Assembly (NCBI GenBank): GCA_965178125.1
Contig: OZ237738.1
Span: 1 to 64,000 of the forward strand
Direction: 5' to 3'
Source of the DNA: Bilabrum cf. latius
Lineage: Eukaryota
Length of the DNA: 64,000 nucleotides
Position numbers and translations under genes: made by a program. The notes below the pieces were generated by a model. That model was not told where the DNA came from, did not search any database, and saw only the letters and a list, made by a program, of their open reading frames with translations. Each line of letters starts with the position of its first letter. Positions within the stretch are counted from its first letter, which is position 1. This document shows positions 11,355-23,374 of this stretch, piece after piece.

Positions 11355-12701
11355 ATGATCGCTATGGCTTCAGTAGGATCAAAGTCGTGTGGTGCTCGCG
11401 TTTGGAATGAAAAAATGCCTGCTGCAATCGACCACGTGATTGATTCTCCGATAGGCCTGATATGCTGCTCTTCAACGATATTTGGCTCCATATGGGATGG
11501 TGCAATTAGTGTGTTAGACCCTTCAACGGGGGCTCCAACGTATCACGCTCATACAAGGAGTGGGACGACAACGTGTGCTTTCGCAAGCTCGTTTGTGGCA
11601 ACTGGGCAGGATAACGGGAGACTCACGGTAAGGATTACGGAGTAATTTTGTTCATATGTTCGTTTCTAAGTAATCAAGGTGTCGCTTTAGCTCCCCTTCT
11701 CCTTCTTCGGCTCACAGTTGCTGCGTCCACTGAAGGCTCAACGCGGCCGATCCATTGGGACACTATCTGAAGTGAGCTGGTCCGACTGCCACGATGGTGC
11801 CATTGCTGGTATGGTATAGAGTAGTGAATCCATCATTACGGCGGGCAGAGATGGATATGTACAACTTCACGACGTGTCCTCGGGTGCGTTGAAGTGCACA
11901 AGCAAGCTGCTGGCCCACGGATCCGCTATCTCCGCTTGCTGTGAAAGCAGCACAAGTGGATTCAACGTAGTGACTGCTGCAAAAGACGGAAGCATAGCAG
12001 CATGGGATTTTAGGTCAAGTCGACCAGCTGCTGTTGCAGCCGCAAAGCTGACCTCCGCAGTTGCGAGCCTTGCGTTGTCATCTGAGTCGAGCTTAGGAGT
12101 ACTCGGTTGTGCGGACGGAACTGTCGGTATCGTGGATATGCGGTCATCTCTTCTTCCGGCAGCGAGCTGTAAGTTGCATGGTGGTTTGGTCGGAGCTGTA
12201 GCTATCAGGCCGAGCTCACGGGCTGGGGCTGCAGGACGGGTAGCATCAGCTGGTGATGACGGCAAAGTCCTGCTTTGGGATGTAAACGGAATGATGCAGT
12301 CTACAGATGAGTCGATTGCAGCGGAGGCATCGTCCGGTGCTGCCGAGAGGGATGCTCTTGGCTTGCCGGCCCGCAAGGCAACGGCTGCCAGTGGAGCAGA
12401 GCCACAGGCAGTCGCGAAGGTGCACGGAGGTGGGGAGGGTGAGGGCGACCCGGGCATTGATAGTGGCTCTGAGGAAGAAGCTGCCGAAGAAGGTGAGCCC
12501 GTGGGGGCGCAGCTCGGGCCATCTCGGGGCGGTCCATCCTACACATGTCAGGCAGCGAGCCGGGTGACCGCTGCTGCCGGAAAGCCCGTGCAGGTGGGTG
12601 AGACACACCCAGACTACGTCCGTGCACTGGCTTGGGTGGGCCCTGAAGCACTCTGGACAGGTTGCTGGGACAGTACAGTGAGGCTGTTTGATGTGCAGTG
12701 A
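11355..12701 (+). CDS. WD40-repeat protein, WDR77/MEP50-like; intron 11628-11717
   Basis: WD repeats (AAWD, LLWD), N-terminal SSTIFGSIWDG, C-terminal HPDYVRALAW..TGCWD; one internal TAG; ends in TGA. Confidence 0.7.
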
Positions 12702-13497
12702 GGTCGGCTGCGTTGGGATAAGGGAGGTTGTGGTCCACATTCTGGATATCCGATATGACGGCATGTCTAGACTCTAGATCCTTAAGATGTGACTCTCAGC
12801 AAATATTATAACCTTATGGCACTTCTATTAGGGCCAGCATTTAATTTTGAAATCAGCAAACATTAGAAATGCCTTACATGTCCACTCCGGCGCCTTGAAC
12901 GGAACTTGTGGGGACTTTCTTGGCTCCGTCAACGGCAGCGATCGGCAGTCAAGCAGCTGCGTAGGCGGCTGATTGTTGCGTCAATTCAGAGGGATGGTAC
13001 GATATTTAGCCCTGATCAAACGCAGGCTGCTTCACAAGCACCACCGCCCCGGAAATCGCTCCCAATGGCCCGGCCTAATGGCAAATGGTGGCTGGTGGGC
13101 GCTGGATCTTGCCTGCGCCTGTGCGCTTACTATATCGGGGCAGCCGAATCGGTAGATATACCCGATGCACCGACTCTCGGTGTCCTATTCCAGTCCGTCG
13201 CGGGGTTGTGGGTCACTGCTACGCCCTCAGACCCTCCAACTGCACGCACCACCACCTCGCCCCATTGCTCGTCACCGGCGGATCGCGTGGCCTGTGCATG
13301 CTCGAGAGAGTCAAAGTTCAGTGTGCGGATGGTATTGTCCCCCGTGAGCGCGCTGCGGATCAGCCCATTCACGCAGTTACGGCCTGCACCATGGCTGTGC
13401 CGACACTGCACAACTTGTCGTTGAGGTCGCACTCGAGGCAGGTGCCCAATTGAGCTCGGCCCTTCTGAGCTCGATTAGATCTGCAGCTGCAGCTCAA

Positions 13498-16400
13498 TCA
13501 TCGGGGCACGCTCAGAGCAACCCTTGCAGCGGCGAAATCCACTGCTGCTATCGCAGAGGTCTGCACTTCCGCAGGTCTGGATCCTGCCGAAGGGACGAAA
13601 GATAGCGGAATCTGCGGCTCCAAATCCTGTGGGGGTCCAACACTGCTTCGGGCCAGCCCGATCGACCGCGATTGCTTGCGGGATGCCCCGCGGATACCAG
13701 GTCCTCCAGCACTGCGCTGCGACAGAGCGGAAGGTGCAGCCTATGACAGCGCGACATTGTAAACCGAGTCCAATAATTTGGAGTGCTCCAAATGGAGCCT
13801 GTCAGCCATCCCACTTGCACTTCCCCCCGGTAAGTCTGCGAGCCCATGGGCCGAGTCTCTCATGGCACGACTGCGCATCAGCCGCTGAGCTGCTTGGCTT
13901 CTGCCGAACTCAGACACATCCCGTCTGCTGCGGTGAGCCTCGGTTCCACTGCTTGCAGTCCAGCGCGATGGGTCTCGCCGTCTTGCTGGTGGGCCTTGCT
14001 GTTGTTCGGCATCGCTGTCATCTGAGTCGACTGCCGTGCCGAGTGCAGCTCTCGACATGCCGCGAGCCCTTACCCCTCGCATGCTTTGGGCTCGCTTCCT
14101 TGCTGATTGCAATTTCCTGCCTGTGCGAGCCCATGTGCGACTTGGTCGCAGCGAAAATGCATCGAGCTCAGCGGCTGGAATGCCGAGGGAGCCTTGGCTG
14201 ATCGCACTGCTGTCAATTTGGCTGGCCCTGGCATGCAAACTCAGTTGGGTGCTCTCTCGCGCTAGACCAGACCGCCGAACGTACGACTCGACATCAATTT
14301 GTTCCATTTCGACTTCCTGACGAATGATTCCAAACTTGCGGTGCTGCTAGTCTCGGAATTCGGAAGTGCCTACCCCAAATCCAGGAAGGGCCCCAGCACC
14401 ATCATTTCTGCCAGGGCCAGCGGTCGACTACCTGCGATATAAGGGCGGCTCATGCAGGGCCTGAGGCCTACCTCCACCTTGCAAACCTGGGATCCCACCT
14501 CGCCTCGACTTGCTACCCATCAGCTGAGCGCGTGCATCAGCTACAGCTTGCAAAAACTCAGAGCGAGCTTCAACAATGGGTGCAGCAGAGACTTGCCGTG
14601 CTGCAGACCCTGTCCGCAAGTCGACGAAGAGCTACTAGGCAGACTCACGGGCATCGGCTCGCACAAGTTCGCTGGCAAAGCGAAGCTAGTTCTCGTCATA
14701 TCTAGCCGATGATACAATGCTGCTGACCAGCTATCGGTACTGCTCGTACGGCGCGTCCCCATGCTACTTCAGCACCTTGTTTAGAACCACATGGAGCGAA
14801 AGGCACTCTTGCATGCCGCTCAGCACGTCGCGCAAACGTGAATCTACGCAGCGGAATGCAGCAAGCTATGCAGTTCTTTCGCTTGCCGAGGTGGCCCTTT
14901 GACCGGCTTCAGACGCTTTCCTTGACACCGAGGTCATGGAGTCGAGGAGGTCAAACCACAAAGCTTGCCCTGCTTGATCGGAGCCTATCTCTGAACCCTC
15001 ACGGCACAGCTAGACAGCGTACGAAGAGGTTCGATACAACCTCTCCACGAGGTCTGTAGCCTCATCAATACACGCATCTGCTTCCTGCAGGGCTCGATTC
15101 GTTTCGTGTGACTTGAACCCAACTGTTAGTGCGTCAGATTGGTCGCTTGCAGTGTAGTTGACACCTTCTCGGTGTTCCGGTCCGGAACCACGGCCCTTGC
15201 GAGAAGCATGCTCGCCAAAAGCTCGGGTAGAGACTCGCCCACCACCTGCCATACGAGTACGAGCGACCTCGACTATTGCCCCTACAGTTGCTTGCATGTC
15301 GGAGAGAAGCACGTTGAGTGCATCGGGCCTTCTCCCCCGCCCACAGTACAGATAAGCGATGGCATCTGGGACCTGCAGCTCGGTCACGATATCCAGGGCC
15401 GCATGCGAGGCCATTCCTGAAGCCTCAAGCTCAGACTCCAAAAAGGCGCGAACGGCAGCCGGTTCCAATTTGCAGAGGAGCCTCAGATACCTTGGGTGGA
15501 GATCTCGTGTAAGCTCAGCTGCATCCTGCATCTGCAATAAGTCCGCAACCTCTTTTCGGCCAAGCAATGTCTCTCGCACCAGCGATGATCGAGCAGATGG
15601 CGAGTCAGACGCGATGTCATCCCCCCCGCGCAAGCGGGCAGCAGCCTTGTGGGCAGCAAGAAGCTCTCTCAGGAAGCGAAGCCGCTGTCGCTCACCAAGG
15701 ACTTGCAGTACACTGTCCCTTTCAGAGGGATACAATCCAACAATGAGCCGCGTGGTTTCTTTGGGGCTGATCTCAACAAGTTGTGCCAAGTTCTCCAAAA
15801 TAGCTGCCTTGGACTCCTGCTCTGCCTGCCTGGCGCGGTGAGCACGCTGCCGAACCCGCTGATACTCTTCTGACAGGCGGACATGCTCGTCAGAGCCAGG
15901 GGCGTGCTCAACAAGCAAGCCGCGCAATTCCTCCTACCTGTCTTTAGCGACCGCGGCTTCGCGGATGGTCTTCCATAGCCATGCCCGAACAAAGCCGAAA
16001 ACCCGCCCTCGCCAGGCTTCGGTGGTCAAGCAGTACTGTTGCACGCACGTAGAGATGTCTCCACGCGAGAAAGCCAGAAGCAACACAGGCCTTCGCAAAT
16101 TTCCAGCAGCACACAGCTACTCTAGGTTGCGAGCCGTCTCATCAGTGTGCAGATCTAACACAATCAGTTCACAGAGCAGCAACTCTCTAAGTTTCGAGTC
16201 ATCAACAGGCTTACTCTTTGGCTAGCTGACGACAGCGTCCCGTAGAGACTCCAGCCGCTCAAGGGCTGATTTCGGCAACATGTCCGCCACATCTGAAGCT
16301 CGCCCCTTGGCAGCAACAGCAGATGCTGCCAAGTATCCGAGAACGACCGCTACACTATGCTCGGTGAATCCAATCCGGTCCAGCGTTTCTGATGTATCCT

Positions 16401-19400
16401 TGGCCGCCTCGTGAGGCCGCGATTCCGTGGTGTCAGCAGTGGGATACTTGCTGGCCTGGTCTGTGTAGAGCCACAGCAGCAGCGTTGCAAGCCCACATAA
16501 GAAATCATCTTCGTCGACTACTCGCAATGAATCCACGGCGAGGCTCCCGCTAGCAGAGGCCTCAAATTGAGGTTGTGCCTAGCCTCCAGTCGTTGCCCAT
16601 GCTGATGCTGAACTTATCATTACACCAGCATCAACCAGGCTGCGGACTACCACGCCCGATGAGGGCCCCATTGATGCAGCGGGTTTAGATTCGCGTGTTG
16701 TAGCCGCATCCGAGGTTCTCCTAGTACTTGTGGATCTCGAGACCAGCCGCCACAGCTACTGCTAGACCTTGCTCAACGTGCTTGCAACCTGGTCACGAGA
16801 GCTAGTTGCCACTTCGAACGGAAGAATAGGAAACTCACAATGACTCGAAAGGTCGAGGTCAACAAGCTCACCCCCTTCATTGGCTGCATGCAGGGTATTG
16901 CGATCACCTGGTCCATCGCCCCGCAAGTTGGACCAGGCACCAGCATCTTCATGAATTTCTCCAGGTCTATTTTCCCCCGATGAAGACTGGTCATGCTTGG
17001 TTGAATCCAGCGTAGATCCAGGAATATCAAGCTCTGCAATGGCGGCCGAATTCACACACCAACTCTGCCACTGAAGAATTCGCACATCTTCAACCACTCG
17101 GCCACCCACGCCGATCGGTTTTTGATCTAGAGCATTGCTGGGGAACGAAGTGCTGCTGAACGCCCCGTGCTGAGGCGCAGTTGGCTGCGCATCGATCTTA
17201 GCTCTCACACTGGCAGGAAGAACAGCAATCTACAGAACTCGGATGAGCCCTCTGCAGTCCAACAGCAAGCAAGCCTGCAGGCGCTTGAACGGACCTGGAA
17301 GGTCTTGGAGGTGCCGCATTGATTCACGAAAAGACGAAAGCACTTGCTCCTATGCTGCTTGCACGACCATAGCATGCGCGCTGGTGCTTCGATCAGACGC
17401 GGCTTCCCTGCTGCTCGCAGCGTCCTACAGCCCAGAACTTGAAGGATCTATTATGGTCTCACTTGCCTGCAGGCTGCTGAGCAAGGCTTCATCGATATCA
17501 GGAAATGTACCGTCGCTAGTGGAGCTACACAGGGCAGCCAAAAAATCAGCCCTAAATGCGACGAGGTCGATGCTGCCAGGCGTAGTCACTAACTCTCCCG
17601 GTGAAGGAAACTCGGAAGCACCCAGCCCATCCACATGCACGTCTACCGACCTGAAAGGGCGGGCATCGAGAGTCTGCCGCATGAAATGTAGAAGCACAAT
17701 CCTTGCTCGATGATGTGTTTGCATGGCAAGTCTACTGATGCGCTGGTCTCCTGTCTCCTCTTTGGATGACTCAGGCTCACTTGGATCAGCGAAATTGAGT
17801 AGTGGAGCCCCCCCAAGTAAAAGTAGATCGCAAGCTGAAGTGCCAGATTTCATCACTTCGGAGAGAACCACTACCAGCGCCGCCCACAGCCCAAGTCTGA
17901 CACATACCTTCACGAGAAGATTAATGTCCATATGTGATCGGGCGCTCAAGTGCAGCAGACACCGTTCGAGGATATCTCCTCTGCCTAGCTACTTGTAAAG
18001 GTTGATCCAAGCCACGACAACACTAGCGGGCATACCTTCGATTGAATTGTGTAGGATGTACGGCTCAAGCTCGATTAAGAACAGCTGAGCCCACGATGAA
18101 GCGTCAAAAGCTTCAAATACAGCACGGAACAGCGGTCCGTCCTGTTGTGCCAAACCTGCACCGACGGCAAAGTCAATCGCAGCTCTTGCGAGCCGAGAGC
18201 ATGGGTGCGCAGATGGCCTTCCAACACCCAAGCCGTGAGCGCATTGCGAAGCGAGTTCGAGGCCACTGTGTCTGCTGAACAAAGCGGGATTTGAAGCTGA
18301 GATAGCCTCGAGACCTTGCTTTGGAGCCAACTTTAAAATATCTGCAGCAAGACGGCGCTGACCGAACTCCGCCTGGTACTCTCGCAAACGACCTGACATT
18401 GCACCACCAAGTCCAGCAGATGGTAGCGCGCGGGAGTCTCCCGCCTCAGCAGCTCGCTTCAACCTCAATGTCAACCGTTGCCGCAGCTTGCCCTCACGAT
18501 CGGCCCTTCGCAGAAACGCAAGCGACAAAGCCATGGCACCAATCGAATCCCCGGTCGACACCAATCCGTGGCAGCGAGCTGGGATACTCTGCAGCTGTAA
18601 CAGCGTTGTAGAGTCTGTGCCGACAAGCACTATCTAATTGCGAGATCCGTCCAACTCGGAGTCCGATCCCCATACTCGGATGGGAGAACATCGGCCGATT
18701 GTGACAGAGCCAGAGAAGGACAAGTGCGCCAAGGCAGCCACGACACTTGCTTCACCAGGTGTTCCTTCAAAAACCTTCGGGATGCGAATAATGTCATCCG
18801 TGTGGCCTTCGCCCACGGAACCTTTCAATTTTTGCTCCTGTACAACACGGGAGTGCTGGAGCATGGCATCCTGCAGAATCTGCGTCCTGAACTGTTTGGG
18901 GACCGGCAATGGCCTGCTGCTCAACTGCAGGCCAGAGAGACCAATTCGCTCGGCTACCTGCATCGTTTGCGTGTTCAGCAGAGCAGCTGAGCCGCATGAA
19001 ACAAGCAAGAGGCGCGATGAAGACAGCCACTCCAATGCAACGACGGGCTCATCCGTGCGTAGATCAGCACACAACAAGAAGTTGAGCGGGGCAGCTTCGG
19101 CGCTTGATCCATCACCAACAGCGAAAGCTCGGCTGCTAGCACTCGCGGCTGCTTCGGCACTGCTTGCCGTAATACGTGAGTCGGCTTGTTTGGAGCCACG
19201 CACTCGATCTCTGTTCTGCTCGGTAGCATAGCCATCGGAGGGCTGCACCTGCACAATCTGCACGCATGTGCCCCAAGCGCGAGCTACAGTTAGCACTGGA
19301 TCTGTGCATGCCAGGCCTTGCTTCAGGACTTTTGGGACAACAGTAGTCCTCGATCCATCTGCTTCAAATGCTCTAGGGACACCTGCGGTCCTATCGAGCC

Positions 19401-21778
19401 GCACCGACGACACCTGCATGGTTGATGCGTAGCCCCACGCAACGGAGGGAGCAAATAGGGGAGACACACCCCTCGGCCTGTCCCACCGTAGCTGCACCTC
19501 AAACTTCGGCCTGGATCTAAATATGAAGGTGCTATCTAGGCTACTGGCGGAAACGAGCCAGCCCGACTAGCCAAGCTGTCGCATTTGCTTCACAGGAACA
19601 CCTCGCGATTCAGCCACTGCTGACCGTTCCAATTCCCACGCAGCTGGGACAGAGTCGCAGCACGATGGTGTGAATGCGGCTTGGCGCATTCGAGTCGATC
19701 CATCAAGAAGAATCTTGGGATGCAAACTTGCTGACTGCAGGAACGACTCGTGCAGCTTGTATAGTACCATCACGCCGCCATCGCACATTGCAATCAACTC
19801 TGGAAGCGCTGATTTTTCTCTGGCTGCTGGAGGTGCAGACCCAACTAAACTCCGACCGCAATCATCGAAGGAGCAATCGGGACCATCATGCGTAAAATGC
19901 ATAGCAAGAATCTAGCCCCGATGGTGCCCGCGTACAGCAGCCCGTGGCTTACCTGCGACATCAACGACAACATCTACTGCTTGCTCCTTCCGAGTCAAGG
20001 GGCCTTGCCGAAATGCTTGTGCAGAGCTGGATACTGTCTCGATGCGCAAGGAGACGAGCCTTACTTCTCCAGACGCCAGTCCAGCTGCAAGTTCGGACCC
20101 GTCCTTACTGATCGCCACGCTTGTTACAGCGGCACTGCCTGCTGCACCCTCGGATCTCGGCCGCAGGTCTATTTCCCCACTGAAACACAAACCCGGCACG
20201 TCAACTGGTGTCGGCAGCTGGCCACCAGACTGCTTCAGAGTAGCAGCCGCCGATTTACTACAGAGTGGTCGAAGCTACTACCACTGCCTTGCAGATAGTC
20301 CCCGCCATGAAAACACCAGGGCAAATCCAGCGGAAGTTCCCACGACGAGGACGAGGCCGCACGCCGCACTGCATAGTATACGCCCGTATCGCCTCGCCTG
20401 CTACTGTCTACCTGCACCGGAAGAGAAAGTAGCCCTATTGAGAATACTAGCGACATCTCTTAGGGGTACTGATCGAATGTGCGCTGAAGGCTTCGGGGCA
20501 TCAATGGGGTGGGGCGCAACGGCACCAACGGTCGAACCGACCGTTTCAATCGATGGCTCGCTGCCGCGTCCTCCGGCAGCCCCAGTTGAAGCAAGGAGCC
20601 ATCCACGAGAGTCTATTTGGTCGGAAGCGACACTCAGAAGCTCTGATCCGCCTTCAGCAAGTCTCGCAGCAATGCCCGGGTCCGTCTGCACTTCGAGCCC
20701 GCCCTGCACGCCGGGAGGCGCGACTGCTTGCGGAGGCAGCATCAGCGAGGCAAACTACTCAGCAAACGGGGAGATCAGCCGTGCACCTTCCCCTGCTTGC
20801 AGCCGTCGCATCGTCTCTGACGCGCGCATGAGCGGGCTACGTTGAAACCAAGCTGAATGCGAAGTCCGAGTGCTCTCTTTGCCGCCAGCACCAGTCTCAG
20901 CGGCACCATCGCCAGCCTCAGCCGTACCACCGGCATCCTCGCTGTCATGTTCAAGTCTGTTCACAATGGCTTCGCTTTGGCGTATCGTTTCGAGAACTTG
21001 CGGAGGCAACAGGTCAGCGTCTGTGGCTCCTTCCGCCCAGCCCATGGGGTCCTGCGCTGCGGAGTCGTGCCGACTTGCGGGATCAGCTCCACGAGTCTCG
21101 TTAGCTCGTGGTGTCCCTTGTCCCTATGGCTAGTCGCTGACGCCCGTCAATTCGTCGAGCTACTATATCGCCTGCTGTCGATGTCTAGCAGCGTCGGAGC
21201 TTCTGTGAGGTGCCTCCCCGGACGTGACAATGGCGCGCACTTCAACATCGTCCGGATGGGGAATGCTGGAAGATTCATCATCAGAGTCATCATGTAAAAT
21301 AGCGCTTAGGGTCGACTCTTGCCGAGCTTGCCGCAAGTGCTCGTCTATTTCGGCCGACAGCGCAGTAGCCAAACTAGCGTCCGCATCTGGCACCGAGGCA
21401 GCAGTGCCAGAAGGCGCACCGACACCACCCCTGCAACAAGTTATGTTATATGGGATTGTGGAATTTCTTTGATGCCCGAGGAAAGGAACGTAGACTGTAG
21501 ATCCGCTGCTCGAATTCTCACGCTTGATCAGTTGTGCTGCCGCCATCGTCCCCACGACCCTCGCTTTCTTCGCTCATGTCATCGTCCCCCGCATCAATGT
21601 CAATTCCAAGACTAGCTAGAAGCTGCGAATCATCAACACTACCACCACCAATGGACTAGCTCTTTTGCAGAGCTCGACCATCAGAATCTTCGCTGCCATC
21701 ATCCCCTCCAATTTGGTTCAAGAATGCATCCAAGTCTCCTGATACATCATCAGAACCATCGGATGAATAATCACTCAT
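13498..21778 (-). CDS. VPS8: Vacuolar protein sorting-associated protein 8 (CORVET subunit), about 2730 codons; intron 21431-21521
   Basis: 13 ORF fragments share one frame and the junctions I read through contain only TAG; motifs VVGTSAG, ARAWG, FLIELEPYIL, MDINLLVKVC..LW, LLCKLEP, LWFDLLD; ends in TGA. Confidence 0.8.
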
Positions 21779-21957
21779 TGAGTTGGGGATACTCTATGCA
21801 ATATACAACGAAATGTCCAGCAAATTGTCCACGATCCTTCCTCGTAATCAGCACCTTACAAACTCGACATGACGGCGATGAAGTAAATGACTACACCTCT
21901 CCTGAGCCAACGTCAAGTTGGAACATCCGTGGCAACTTGCACAGTTTTACTTTCAAG

Positions 21958-23177
21958 ATGCGTGCAGTAAGTTCAGCAAGAAAGCTTGGGTATGGTCTGA
22001 GCAGGATTACAAGCAGACCGCGTCCTGCCATGAGCACAGCCCGAAGGTGGCAGTCGAATGGCAGACAGACCAGAACTAATTTAGGCATTGCAATTGTTCC
22101 GTAGCAGAGTGCATGGGTAATTGAACGCTTCGGGAAGTACCACACAACGTTGGAACCCGGTATCAGCCTGTTGATCCCGGTAATCGATCGCATTTCTTAT
22201 GTGCACTCTCTCAAGGAAGAGGCTGTGCCGGTGCACGCGCAGACTGCTATCACTCGCGATAATGTTGCGATTACGATTGATGGAGTCCTCTATATCAAGA
22301 TTGTGGACGCCTACAAGGCCTCCTACATGGTGAGCAGCACATACTGTCCTCGTGCCTAGTGCCGCTATTGTAGGTTGATATGTCATTGAATTAATCCATC
22401 CTCAGACATCGTTTTAAATATATGCAGGTAGAGGATCCACACTTTGCGGTCACACAACTGGCCCAAACGACGATGCGGTCTGAGCTTGGCAAACTAACAA
22501 TGGACCAAGCGTTTCAAGAGAGAGACGCGCTGAACCACGCAATCGTGCGTTCAATCAACGAAGCAGCGATGACTTGGGGTATTGAGTGCCTTCGGTACGA
22601 GATTCGCGATATTGCTCCTCCACAGAGCATCCGCATCGCGATGGACATGCAAGCCGAAGCTGAGCGCAGGAAGCGGGCAGAGATCCTTGAATCGGAGGGC
22701 ACGAGGGAGGCCGCCATCAACACAGCACAAGGAGAGCAGCAGGCAACGCAGCTCAGAGCCCAAGGCGAAGCTTCTGCGATCGTAGCAAAGGCCAAGGCGA
22801 CTGCAGAGGGTGTTGAGCGGCTCGCCCGTGCCATGCGCACAAGCGGCGGGCAAGAGGCCGTGTCTCTACGTATTGCGGAGCAGTACGTGTCTGCGTTCGG
22901 AAGGATTGCCTAGAAGGGCAACACCATCATGCTCCCCGGCAACGCATCTGATGCGGCGTCTATGGTTGCCCAGGCAATGTCTGTGTACAAGTCTATCCGC
23001 TCGCAGCACCCGAAGCATGCGGATGACAAGGGCATGTCCAGCGAGGGCCCAGCCGATGTCGGCATGCCCGAGCTGGAGGACTTTTTGGAGGACAGGTCAG
23101 CGGAGAAAGACACTAGCGACGATCGGGAGTGGGACGAGCCGAGTGTGGCAAAGGGGTTTAAGCCCAAGCCATTCTGA
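21958..23177 (+). CDS. STOML2: Stomatin-like protein 2 (SPFH/Band 7, mitochondrial); intron 22330-22427
   Basis: IVP*QSAWVIERFGKY, AQTTMRSELGK, MQAEAERRKRA, SLRIAEQYV; TAGs at 22102 and 22911; ends in TGA. Confidence 0.92.
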
Positions 23178-23374
23178 GCGAATGTGTGAGATTCCTACGG
23201 CAGGACTTCAGCGCGCCCCCGTTGCTGGGTGATTGACTGCACAGGTTTCAATTCTGAACACAGGGACAACTGTTCCAGTTGTAGTTCCACGTCATGAGCG
23301 ACTTTACTCAGATCAATGACACAAGTTTCCCGCTCGGTGCCTACCCGGTATCCAGAGCCGGCTACTGCCCAGCA

